DNA of 64,000 nucleotides from a virus. Below, one piece after another: positions 20,119 through 29,036 of this stretch. The notes under the pieces were generated by a model that had not been told where the DNA came from, searched no databases, and saw only the letters and a program-made list of their open reading frames with translations. The stretch lies in the IMG/VR virus record IMGVR_UViG_3300019776_000961, positions 129,221 through 193,220 of that record. One strand, 5' to 3'. Position numbers and translations under genes: made by a program. The first letter of the stretch is position 1, and each line of letters begins with the position of its first letter.

Positions 20119-21096
20119 ATGACATATCTAATCACTGGTATTACTGGCTTTGCCGGGCCACATCTTGCTAATCTTCTTATTGAAAACGGACATACTGTTT
20201 ACGGTCTTGTAAGAAACTCAAACGGTCGCGAGACAGATATTCTCGACGTTGTACCAGAAGAAAACTTTCAAAAAATTAAGTTCCTTTATAGCGACTTAAC
20301 TAATTTCCGTACACTCAATAACCTTTTTAAGGAAAATAAGTTTGACGGTGTATTTCATTTAGCAGCACAATCTCACCCACCAACGAGCTTTATTGACCCT
20401 ATCGGTACAATGGAAGCCAATGTAATGGGTAGTGCGAATCTGATACAGGCAATTCTTGATAATCAGCCTGAATGTAAATTGATGTTCTGTAGTACTTCTG
20501 AAGTTTACGGTAATGTTGGTATTGACGGTCGTAAGATTAAGATCACTGATTTCTTACTTCCTGCTAACCCATACGGTGCAAGTAAGGCTGCTACCGATCT
20601 TTACTTACAGGAACGTTTTGAAAATAAGCAGCTCCGTGGTTATATTACACGTGCCTTCTCACACACCGGGCCTCGACGCGGCAAGACGTTCTCAATCTCA
20701 TCTGATGCATATCAAATTGCAAAGATGATGAAGGGTCTTCAGGATAAGACACTTCTTGTTGGTAATTTAAAGTCAGTTCGTGTTGTGCTCGATGTTCGTG
20801 ACATTGTTAATGCATATTATCTTTTAATGTTATCAGATAAATCTGATGGAAAGGTGTTTAACGTCTCCGGTGATGTGCCGCATGAGATGGGTGTATATAC
20901 AGATATGCTTCTTGAGAAGAGCGGTTTGACAGATGTAGTAAAGGAGATTTCACCTAAGCTCTACCGTCCAATCGATATTCATTATCAACACGGTGATTGT
21001 TCAGAGCTCGTTGACATTACAGGTTGGGCACCAAAGCGAACCCTCGACCAAACAATGGGTGATCTTCTCAATTATTGGCTCGGTAAAATTAACTAA
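20119..21096 (+). CDS. gmd: GDP-mannose 4,6-dehydratase / Rmd-like extended SDR
   Basis: LITGITGFAG, HLAAQSH, STSEVYG, PYGASK, VGNL..VR...DVRD. Confidence 0.8.
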   Translation: MTYLITGITGFAGPHLANLLIENGHTVYGLVRNSNGRETDILDVVPEENFQKIKFLYSDLTNFRTLNNLFKENKFDGVFHLAAQSHPPTSFIDPIGTMEANVMGSANLIQAILDNQPECKLMFCSTSEVYGNVGIDGRKIKITDFLLPANPYGASKAATDLYLQERFENKQLRGYITRAFSHTGPRRGKTFSISSDAYQIAKMMKGLQDKTLLVGNLKSVRVVLDVRDIVNAYYLLMLSDKSDGKVFNVSGDVPHEMGVYTDMLLEKSGLTDVVKEISPKLYRPIDIHYQHGDCSELVDITGWAPKRTLDQTMGDLLNYWLGKIN

Positions 21097-21097
21097 T

Positions 21098-21703
21098 ATG
21101 GGTTCAATAAGAAGCTTTGATATCGCTGAAATTAAGCAGCGTACCGGAATTTCTACATTTGTAGAAACAGGTACACTCTATGGCGATGGTGTTGATTATG
21201 CACTCTCTTGCGGTTTTGATAGAGTTATTTCAATTGAAATAGAACCTAAACTAGTTGTAAAGGCTGAGCAAAAATATAAAGATAATAATAAGGTTGAAAT
21301 TGTTCACGGTGATTCATCAACAGTAATACCAGAGATTACTGAGTTTATGGAGGAACCGGCTTTATTTTGGCTTGATGCACACTTCCCTGGGGCTGATGCT
21401 GGTATTTGCGAATATACAGCAGAGCAAGATTATAATAGAAGACTTCCTCTTGAAGCCGAATTAAAAGCAATTCATAAGCGTGGCAAGCCTGATGTTATTA
21501 TCTGTGATGATCTTTGGATATATGAAGACGGTGATTATGAATCCGGTAGCTTTAATGATCATTGCGCTCGTCACGGGCAGAATATGACAAGAGAGCAAAT
21601 TTGCGGAAAAAATCTTGATGAAATTTGTGCTCTTTTTGAACCGACTCACAAGATTAAGAAATACTATCACCAACAGGGCTTTATTGTCTTCATGCCTAAA
21701 TGA
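21098..21703 (+). CDS. Class I SAM-methyltransferase-like protein
   Basis: FVETGTLYGDG, SIEI, GDS, FWLDAH, ICDD. Confidence 0.7.
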   Translation: MGSIRSFDIAEIKQRTGISTFVETGTLYGDGVDYALSCGFDRVISIEIEPKLVVKAEQKYKDNNKVEIVHGDSSTVIPEITEFMEEPALFWLDAHFPGADAGICEYTAEQDYNRRLPLEAELKAIHKRGKPDVIICDDLWIYEDGDYESGSFNDHCARHGQNMTREQICGKNLDEICALFEPTHKIKKYYHQQGFIVFMPK

Positions 21704-22497
21704 AAGTTGTAACGAATTTTGATCATAACTATCACGACGACCCTATTCGATATTTTAAGTTCGAGGAGTTTCAGGATATTGCGGAGGATAGCATCCTCTT
21801 CGTAGGTGCACATCCGCATCAGAGTATTGCAGAACCTGCTGATGTACCAAAGTATTTCTTCAGTACAGAAGAGCAATCTTGGTCACAGGATGGTACTGAT
21901 CAATATCTTTCCTTTGTAGATAAGATTCTTACGATATGTCCACCGAGTGTTACTGGTAGACAAAAAAGACAGGCAGCGTTCTTTCCCCTTAATACAAAAG
22001 ATATACCATCAGATATAGAAAAAAAATATGATGTAATATATACAGGATTTGCTGGCGGTGATCATATCTCTAAATTATTAGATGTAATTAAAAATTTTAA
22101 TTATAGATTAGTTAGCTTTAGCAGTCACGGTGGTCTTACAACAGACTTAAATGCATCATATAAGGATAAACTTAATTTAATTGCACAATCTAAGCTTTGC
22201 ATTACTCATAATCAAACCGGTACAGGCACACCTCAATTGAAGAGTAGAATTTTTGAAGCTGCATTTTGTAAGAGCCTCATGCTTGTTCTTCGCGATGAAT
22301 ATAACATCGTAGAGGAATGGTTTACTCCAGAAGTTGATTTTATCTATTATGATATGGACAATCTTGAGCAAACAATAAAGGCTTGTCTACAGGAGCCTGA
22401 GGCATGTGAGGAAATAGCTAATAATGCATTTAATAAGGCAACTACTAATTATACGACAGAAAAGTTTATAGAAAAATATATAGGATTTAAAAAATGA
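21700..22497 (+). CDS. GT-B glycosyltransferase (CgeB/Glyco_trans_1_2-like)
   Basis: KSRIFEAAFCK...EEWFTPEVDFIYY...IANNAF. Confidence 0.75.
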   Translation: MKVVTNFDHNYHDDPIRYFKFEEFQDIAEDSILFVGAHPHQSIAEPADVPKYFFSTEEQSWSQDGTDQYLSFVDKILTICPPSVTGRQKRQAAFFPLNTKDIPSDIEKKYDVIYTGFAGGDHISKLLDVIKNFNYRLVSFSSHGGLTTDLNASYKDKLNLIAQSKLCITHNQTGTGTPQLKSRIFEAAFCKSLMLVLRDEYNIVEEWFTPEVDFIYYDMDNLEQTIKACLQEPEACEEIANNAFNKATTNYTTEKFIEKYIGFKK

Positions 22498-23429
22498 ACA
22501 AGTACATTGTAACAACAACTATTAATTCTCCAACTGAAGCAACGCTTAAGTTCTGTGAGAAGAAGGATTGGAATTTTATTATTGTAGGTGATACGAAGAC
22601 ACCAGAGTCTGAATACCGTGAACTCGAAGATCGTTATCCAAATGTTGAATATCTATCACCTGCACAGCAGGAAGAGAAATATGATATCTTGAGCGATACT
22701 ATTGGATGGAAGACAATTCAACGTCGTAATATCGGGTTTGTACATGCATATAATAAGGGTGCTGATGTACTCGCAACGGTTGATGATGATAATATTCCGT
22801 ATGAAAATTGGGGTGAAAATCTTTATATTGGACAGGAGATAGAGTGTGATAGCTATACAACAGATAATCTAGTGTTTGATCCACTTGCTGTAACTAATCA
22901 CAACTACCTCTGGCATCGCGGTGTTCCAATTGAACTTCTTCAGAAAAAGAACAATGTAACATATACAGGTAAAACAAAACGTAAAGTTTTGATTCAAGCA
23001 GATCTCTGGGATGGTGATCCAGATATTGATGCAATGGCTCGACTGACATATAAGTCACTCGTTAAGTTTAATATTACTCGACCTTATTGCAGTAATGTAA
23101 TTTCACCGTTTAATAGTCAAAATACATTTATTGCTCGCGAAGTAATACCGTATTATACGGTGCTACCCTACGTGGGACGCATGGACGATATTTGGTCTAG
23201 TTATTACGTACAGACACTCTTCAAAGACAATCTTATCTACGCACCAGCATCGGTCTATCAAGATAGAAATGTACAGGATCTTATTACAAATCTAGAGAAA
23301 GAAGTTATTGGTTATCGCAACACGTTAAGCTTTATTCTTTCAAATTGTGATTATAACTGCAATTTTATTCCAGAAGAAACAAGACAGTTCTTCAAGACAT
23401 ATAGAGCTTGCTTCTCCGATCAACTTTAA
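22494..23429 (+). CDS. STELLO/DUF288-like glycosyltransferase-related protein
   Basis: IVTTTIN.PT, VGDTKTP, RRNIGF, DDDN, PFNSQNT, RMDDIW. Confidence 0.75.
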   Translation: MNKYIVTTTINSPTEATLKFCEKKDWNFIIVGDTKTPESEYRELEDRYPNVEYLSPAQQEEKYDILSDTIGWKTIQRRNIGFVHAYNKGADVLATVDDDNIPYENWGENLYIGQEIECDSYTTDNLVFDPLAVTNHNYLWHRGVPIELLQKKNNVTYTGKTKRKVLIQADLWDGDPDIDAMARLTYKSLVKFNITRPYCSNVISPFNSQNTFIAREVIPYYTVLPYVGRMDDIWSSYYVQTLFKDNLIYAPASVYQDRNVQDLITNLEKEVIGYRNTLSFILSNCDYNCNFIPEETRQFFKTYRACFSDQL

Positions 23430-23440
23430 TAAAGTATAGC

Positions 23441-24436
23441 ATGAAGACAGCATTAGTATTAGGAGCCGGTGGCTTTATCGGTAATCATCTTGTTAACCGC
23501 CTCAAAGACGAAGGTTATTGGGTGCGTGGAGTTGATTTAAAATATAATGAATATCAGGAAACAAGAGCTGATGATTTTGTAATTGGTGATTTAACTGATA
23601 CTTTAGTAGTGAGAAATGTTATGTGGGCACCAGAGCAAAAAAGCTATACTGAAGGTTCATTTGATGAAGTTTATCAACTCGCAGCTGATATGGGCGGCGC
23701 AGGTTATATTTTTAGCGGTGAGAATGATGCAAATGTTATGCACAATTCTGCAACAATTAATCTTAACGTTGCTGATACAGCTGTAAAGAATAATATTAAG
23801 AAGCTATTTTACAGTAGTAGTGCGTGTATGTATCCTGAGCATAATCAGTTAGATCCTAATAACCCAAACTGTGAAGAGAGTAGTGCATATCCTGCTAATC
23901 CTGATAGTGAATACGGCTGGGAAAAACTTTTTAGTGAGAGACTATTTCTCGCATATAATCGAAATTATAAGCTGAATGTGCGCATTGCACGCTTTCATAA
24001 TATCTTTGGACCAAAGGGTTCGTGGAATAACGGTAAGGAAAAGTCACCAGCAGCAATATGTCGTAAGGTAGCTCAGGCAAGGACTGGTGAAGAAATAGAG
24101 ATCTGGGGTGATGGTGAACAGACACGTAGCTTCCTTTACATAGACGAATGTCTTGAGGGTGTTCGTCGTTTAATGAATCAAGATGAATTTCTCGGCCCTG
24201 TTAATATTGGATCTGATGAAATGGTCACAATTAACAAACTAGCAGATATCGCATGTGAAATCGGAGGTAAAACACTTGTAAAGAAGCACATACCTGGTCC
24301 CCTCGGAGTGCGTGGTAGAAACTCTGATAACAATCTTATTTTTGCTAAACTTGGATGGAAGCCAACTCTTTCACTAAAAGAAGGTTTAACAAAAACTTAC
24401 AACTGGATTAACGAGCAAGTTCATTTACAATCGTAG
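23441..24436 (+). CDS. GDP-mannose 3,5-epimerase-like SDR
   Basis: GAGGFIG, QLAADMGGAGYI, YSSSACMYPE, PDSEYGWEKLFSE, RFHNIFGP, GVRGRNSDN. Confidence 0.9.
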   Translation: MKTALVLGAGGFIGNHLVNRLKDEGYWVRGVDLKYNEYQETRADDFVIGDLTDTLVVRNVMWAPEQKSYTEGSFDEVYQLAADMGGAGYIFSGENDANVMHNSATINLNVADTAVKNNIKKLFYSSSACMYPEHNQLDPNNPNCEESSAYPANPDSEYGWEKLFSERLFLAYNRNYKLNVRIARFHNIFGPKGSWNNGKEKSPAAICRKVAQARTGEEIEIWGDGEQTRSFLYIDECLEGVRRLMNQDEFLGPVNIGSDEMVTINKLADIACEIGGKTLVKKHIPGPLGVRGRNSDNNLIFAKLGWKPTLSLKEGLTKTYNWINEQVHLQS

Positions 24437-24437
24437 T

Positions 24438-25025
24438 ATGATTGTAACAGATATTAAAAACTACGACGGAAGTATTCTACACTCACGATTTGCTTACAAG
24501 TACTTTCGTGACAGAACACTACCTATTGGTAATATTATTGCTTTCCGTGCACCTATGCATGTAGAGGCTGAGGGTATGATTGACACAGAGGATGTACTCA
24601 ATAATGATTATATCTATAGTGATGATGCAATTAATTTTTTATGGGAGATCCCTAATCTAGATTCTTTCGGTGCTGTCGCGTACCAGAGACTCCTCAATAC
24701 ACAGATTGCGAATATTCTAAGTATAAAGTACTTGAGAGCTCCCATTGAAGTTGATGGTGATGACCTTATTGTATATAAGGAGCATAATCAAGGCGGTGTC
24801 ACACAGGTAAAGGGTAAGTGTAGTGTAAGTATTACCTATTCAAAGAATAATGTAGCTCTTGGACACACAGGTATTAATATTGAAGCTGGAAAGAAGGCAC
24901 CTGCCTTTGCATTCTCTACAAGACTTGGTGATACAGAAGCAGAAGAGTTGATGAAGACAGTAATTGATATCTTTTATAAGATGAATGAAGATATCTTCCT
25001 CGCTACTACAAAGGTTATTAGCTAA
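24438..25025 (+). CDS. DUF366-like protein (BPL/LplA-like fold)
   Basis: YDGS.L...AY, IAFRAPMHV, SDDAINFLWE, YQRL, DGDDL, KCSVSI, GHTGINI recall the DUF366 family. Confidence 0.65.
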   Translation: MIVTDIKNYDGSILHSRFAYKYFRDRTLPIGNIIAFRAPMHVEAEGMIDTEDVLNNDYIYSDDAINFLWEIPNLDSFGAVAYQRLLNTQIANILSIKYLRAPIEVDGDDLIVYKEHNQGGVTQVKGKCSVSITYSKNNVALGHTGINIEAGKKAPAFAFSTRLGDTEAEELMKTVIDIFYKMNEDIFLATTKVIS

Positions 25026-25388
25026 GTGACGATATTTGATGTTATTGCGAGCGTTCTTTTCAAGAACAAAAAGAATTGTCTAACATCTCATGATGAAGAG
25101 AGTACATTCTCACCATACCTTGTTAATAGGTGGGCAAGTATGTATTCTCCTCAGCTTGCAAAAGAAGCAAATACTTTAAACAAGTATGTTGGTATCTTTG
25201 AGAATAAACTCGATCTTTATAATCTATTTGTTGCTTATTATTCAAAAGTTTCACCCAAAAAAATTCAATACTTTAAGAAGGTAAAGAAAACAAATGATGA
25301 AGAAGATCAGACAATTGCATTATATGCAAAGAATCTCGAACTATCAAAGCGTGAAATAAATGAATACATTGCCTTTTTAAAAAATTAA
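25026..25388 (+). CDS. gp62: Clamp-loader small subunit-like
   Basis: FSPYLVNRWAS...ANTLN...KKIQYFKK pattern of T4-like gp62. Confidence 0.6.
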   Translation: MTIFDVIASVLFKNKKNCLTSHDEESTFSPYLVNRWASMYSPQLAKEANTLNKYVGIFENKLDLYNLFVAYYSKVSPKKIQYFKKVKKTNDEEDQTIALYAKNLELSKREINEYIAFLKN

Positions 25389-25400
25389 ATAAGTTCTTAT

Positions 25401-25865
25401 ATGTCTATCTCTATTGATAATTTAGCGCCACAGAAAAGTCTTATTGACTTTTCCGCTTTACCAAAAAATTCTTTTAATTCAGTTTTCTACGGTTACAATC
25501 TTAAGCAAGTTCTTGACGATATATTGCTCGTTAACTACGTTGATCAAACAGACGACGGTCGTGAAATTATACGTAATGGTATTCACGTGCCTGTAAATGC
25601 TGAAACAAAGGCATGGAGAATTGGTAAGGTTATTCTAGCTGGACCGAACGTTCGTTTTACGAAGGTTGATGACTATGTCTGCTTTCCCAATAACCTAGGT
25701 GTACCGGTCGCTAATCTTGATATTGATGGTTACGGTACATTAAACTCTGGAATCTTTCTAAACGAACAACGCATTTTTGGTATTTGTTCTGTACGTACTG
25801 ACGATAATGAAAGTGTCGCTGCCCACATTAAAAAATCTTCTACTAAGCAACGTCGCAGAGATTAA
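25401..25865 (+). CDS. groES: Co-chaperonin GroES-like
   Basis: VLDDILLV...NGIHVP...GKVILAGP...KVDDYVCFP...FLNEQRIFG. Confidence 0.75.
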   Translation: MSISIDNLAPQKSLIDFSALPKNSFNSVFYGYNLKQVLDDILLVNYVDQTDDGREIIRNGIHVPVNAETKAWRIGKVILAGPNVRFTKVDDYVCFPNNLGVPVANLDIDGYGTLNSGIFLNEQRIFGICSVRTDDNESVAAHIKKSSTKQRRRD

Positions 25866-26184
25866 GTTCTATCGTCGTCGGCTTAAGCCGGGATCATCTC
25901 CTACAAGGAGAATGCTCTGTACGAATTCACTCAATTTACTCAATAGTGTTGAAGGTCGTCTCGCTTTAAACTATAGACGCGCTATCAACATGCCGAAGTT
26001 TGATCCTACACAAAAAAATCTAGTTATAACGTGGGATATTATAATGCAGGATTATCGATGTATAAATGCAAGTGCGTGTGACCTTATACAGGTAATACCA
26101 GCGAACAAGGAATTCTGGAAATTTTTTAACGAAAAGTTAGCTGGTATGTCAGCCCCAGAAAAAATTAATTTCATGAACGTATGA
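25807..26184 (+). CDS. WYL_2/DUF2693-like SH3-fold protein
   Basis: AEIKFYRR...RRMLCT...ITWDIIMQDYRCI. Confidence 0.6.
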   Translation: MKVSLPTLKNLLLSNVAEIKFYRRRLKPGSSPTRRMLCTNSLNLLNSVEGRLALNYRRAINMPKFDPTQKNLVITWDIIMQDYRCINASACDLIQVIPANKEFWKFFNEKLAGMSAPEKINFMNV

Positions 26185-26528
26185 CATCAATAGATCAAAT
26201 AGAAGAACATATTAAACCGCTTCTCCTCACTGAGACTACATTTACTCTCGAGGGTAAAAAAATAAAAGTCGGTCGCCTTATTCTATTTTGCATACGTGAT
26301 TTTTTCTGCGTTTTTACGTTTATCGATAGCGCAAAAAATAAGCGTACTACGTATGAGATACCTTATCCGTTTAGCATAGAAAAGGAAAATAATAATTTAA
26401 TTTTCGATTATACTATTGAGGCGTTTAGTGAAAAAAACGCAGAAATACAAGCTCAGGCAAACGCTTTGCAGTTTCAGAAAGTTTCAAAACTTTTTAATAA
26501 AAAACTCATTGTTACTTCGCGCATATAG
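26181..26528 (+). CDS. Hypothetical protein
   Basis: ATGA-coupled ORF; no motif recognised. Confidence 0.6.
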   Translation: MTSIDQIEEHIKPLLLTETTFTLEGKKIKVGRLILFCIRDFFCVFTFIDSAKNKRTTYEIPYPFSIEKENNNLIFDYTIEAFSEKNAEIQAQANALQFQKVSKLFNKKLIVTSRI

Positions 26529-26542
26529 TATATACTATAATA

Positions 26543-28171
26543 GTGCGAAGCAGTTTAAAGACATTATTTCCAAGCGACTACGTCCCGACGCAGCAACAAG
26601 CAAAACTTTTAGATAAGATTGATATAGGTCTTCAGAAAAACAAATTTGTAATTTGTTGTGCACCAACTGGCTCAGGTAAAAGTATGCTAGCGCGTACAAT
26701 AGCTGAATTATCAGATGAACCTACAGATACAACCCGTGACCTAATAACAAGCTATAGAGCTTTTAAGCAAGACTTCTCCGGTCAGTTTATACACGAACAA
26801 GATTGCCTTGCTGAGCCAGCGTTTGGCTCCTTCGTACTCACAATTACTAAATCTCTTCAGGACCAATATCTTAGTCTTTTTGAAACTACAGATATCTTAA
26901 AAGGAAAATCAAATTATATATGTGCAGTAGACGATAACTTCATGGTAGATTTAGCACCGTGTACGTTTGCTTCATCTATTAAAGATGATTGCTGGGCTAA
27001 GAATAAATGCGGTTACTATACAGCAAGAAATAACGCACTGTTGTCAAGATTCGCTGCATTGAATTATAAGATGTTTCTTGCCCTGCCTAATCACGTTAAA
27101 AGAAAAAATGTTATTATATGTGACGAGGCCTCAGAATTAGAAGACGAATTAATAAGGCAATTTTCTGCTGAAATAATATATGAGAAGTTAAAGCAGTGTG
27201 ATATTAAACACAAACAACTCATCACAGATAATCAAGAGCGAGCTCGCGCTTGGATATACGAACTACTTGAACGTATAACTAACTCATTAGAGGATATTAT
27301 GACAATCGCAGCAAAGACACCAACAATGTTGTCACGAGCTGAAAAAATTAAATTTCAGTATCTTAAAAATTTACACAAGTCGCTAACTACAATTGATTCC
27401 ATGTGGGATAAATGTGAATATGTTATCGACGTTGATGCAAATAAAGTATCTTTTACACCTCTGAAAGCCGATTCTCTTGCACGACATATTTTTGATTACG
27501 CAGATAAGGTGGTTCTCATGTCTGCAACGATCATCGATCATGTACATTATGCGCGTTCATTGGGTATAAAAGACTACACATATGTAGAAGAGGAGAGCGG
27601 TTTTGATCCGAATAAATCACCTATCTATGTTTCTACAGCTCTTAAGCTCAACCATAAAAATCTAAAAACTGAATTACCAAAGGTATGCGAACAGATTCGA
27701 CAGATTGTTGATCATCATAAGAACGAAAAAGGAATTATTCATACCCATACACAAGAGATAACGAACTTTCTTCAAGAACGCTTTTGCGATAGTGACAGGT
27801 ATCTGTACCGTGATATAGTTACAAACAATGAGGCAATTCTTAAAGAACATAGCGCAAGAAAGGATCCAACAGTTCTCGTATCACCATCACTAACATACGG
27901 GATTGATCTTAAGGATGACTTAGCTAGGTTTCAAATTATAATTAAACTGCCATTCCTTCCGTTAGGATCAAAGCGTATTAAGAAAATGTTTGAATTAGAT
28001 AAGGTGTGGTATGAAAATAAAATGTTAAATGCTATCGTACAGGCCTGCGGAAGAGCGACTCGCAGTAAAGATGATCATTCTGTAACGTATATTCTCGATG
28101 GAAATTTCATTAACGTGCTGAGGAATGCAAAGAATAAGCTACCAAAGTATTTTATAGATAGAATACATTAA
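26543..28171 (+). CDS. DinG/XPD-like helicase
   Basis: APTGSGKS, KGKSNYIC, C...C cluster, CDEA, MSAT, GIDLKDD..RFQII.KLPF, QACGRATRS.DD. Confidence 0.88.
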   Translation: MRSSLKTLFPSDYVPTQQQAKLLDKIDIGLQKNKFVICCAPTGSGKSMLARTIAELSDEPTDTTRDLITSYRAFKQDFSGQFIHEQDCLAEPAFGSFVLTITKSLQDQYLSLFETTDILKGKSNYICAVDDNFMVDLAPCTFASSIKDDCWAKNKCGYYTARNNALLSRFAALNYKMFLALPNHVKRKNVIICDEASELEDELIRQFSAEIIYEKLKQCDIKHKQLITDNQERARAWIYELLERITNSLEDIMTIAAKTPTMLSRAEKIKFQYLKNLHKSLTTIDSMWDKCEYVIDVDANKVSFTPLKADSLARHIFDYADKVVLMSATIIDHVHYARSLGIKDYTYVEEESGFDPNKSPIYVSTALKLNHKNLKTELPKVCEQIRQIVDHHKNEKGIIHTHTQEITNFLQERFCDSDRYLYRDIVTNNEAILKEHSARKDPTVLVSPSLTYGIDLKDDLARFQIIIKLPFLPLGSKRIKKMFELDKVWYENKMLNAIVQACGRATRSKDDHSVTYILDGNFINVLRNAKNKLPKYFIDRIH

Positions 28172-28182
28172 TAAATAATTCT

Positions 28183-28992
28183 GTGCAGACTCAAACGTTT
28201 CACTTCGAGGTTAAGGATCTTCTTACGCAGTTTATAGCTGCGTTCGACGATATTATTATTAATCGCTACGATAAAAATAGAAACGTTGTAAGTAAACTAC
28301 AAGTACGTTATGTTTATTCACCTAAGCAGCGTGTTATATATGATCTTGTTAATAAAGCTCAGAACATAACTATACCTGTTGTCTCCATTAGTATTAGTAA
28401 TATCTCAAGAGATGAAAGCCGTGTTTTTAATAAGATCGGTGGTTATTTTTATGCTAAAGGAGCTAGTGATAATGACAAGTATGCTACTTCTACCAGTTAT
28501 AAGAGCCCGGTCCCTGTTAACATCGGCATTAACATGTCGATTCTTACTAAGTTCCAATCCGACATGGATCAAATTTTATCTAACTTCATTCCTTATAATA
28601 ACCCATATATCATTCTCTCATGGAAGTTACCTGATGATGTAGCTACAGGTGGTTTTAGTGTACCGCAGGAAATTCGTAGTGAAGTGCTCTGGAGCGGGGA
28701 TATATCTATGACGTACCCAACAGATATTAATGCTTCTGAAAAGTACAGAGTTGCCGGTGATACAACCTTTACAATAAAAGGATGGTTATTTCCGGCGCAG
28801 ACAAACGATGTTGGCAATATTTTCTATATTGATACACACTTCTATAATTCAAGAAACGTAACATTGTATAATGATCTATCTGGTGAGACGTTTACATACC
28901 CTGTTTCGACAGGTCTCGTAAGTGATCAAGATAACATTACAATTAACGGTTACCCGCAGATTACCAATACAGGGTTTAATTTAAACAGTTAA
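28183..28992 (+). CDS. gp15: Tail sheath stabiliser/terminator gp15-like
   Basis: F..FDDIIINRY...VRYVYSPKQR...FTIKGWLF; late promoter 5 nt upstream. Confidence 0.75.
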   Translation: MQTQTFHFEVKDLLTQFIAAFDDIIINRYDKNRNVVSKLQVRYVYSPKQRVIYDLVNKAQNITIPVVSISISNISRDESRVFNKIGGYFYAKGASDNDKYATSTSYKSPVPVNIGINMSILTKFQSDMDQILSNFIPYNNPYIILSWKLPDDVATGGFSVPQEIRSEVLWSGDISMTYPTDINASEKYRVAGDTTFTIKGWLFPAQTNDVGNIFYIDTHFYNSRNVTLYNDLSGETFTYPVSTGLVSDQDNITINGYPQITNTGFNLNS

Positions 28993-29036
28993 TTTGAGTT
29001 TCAACCCTTTCTTTATAAATAATTATTGCTTTTATT

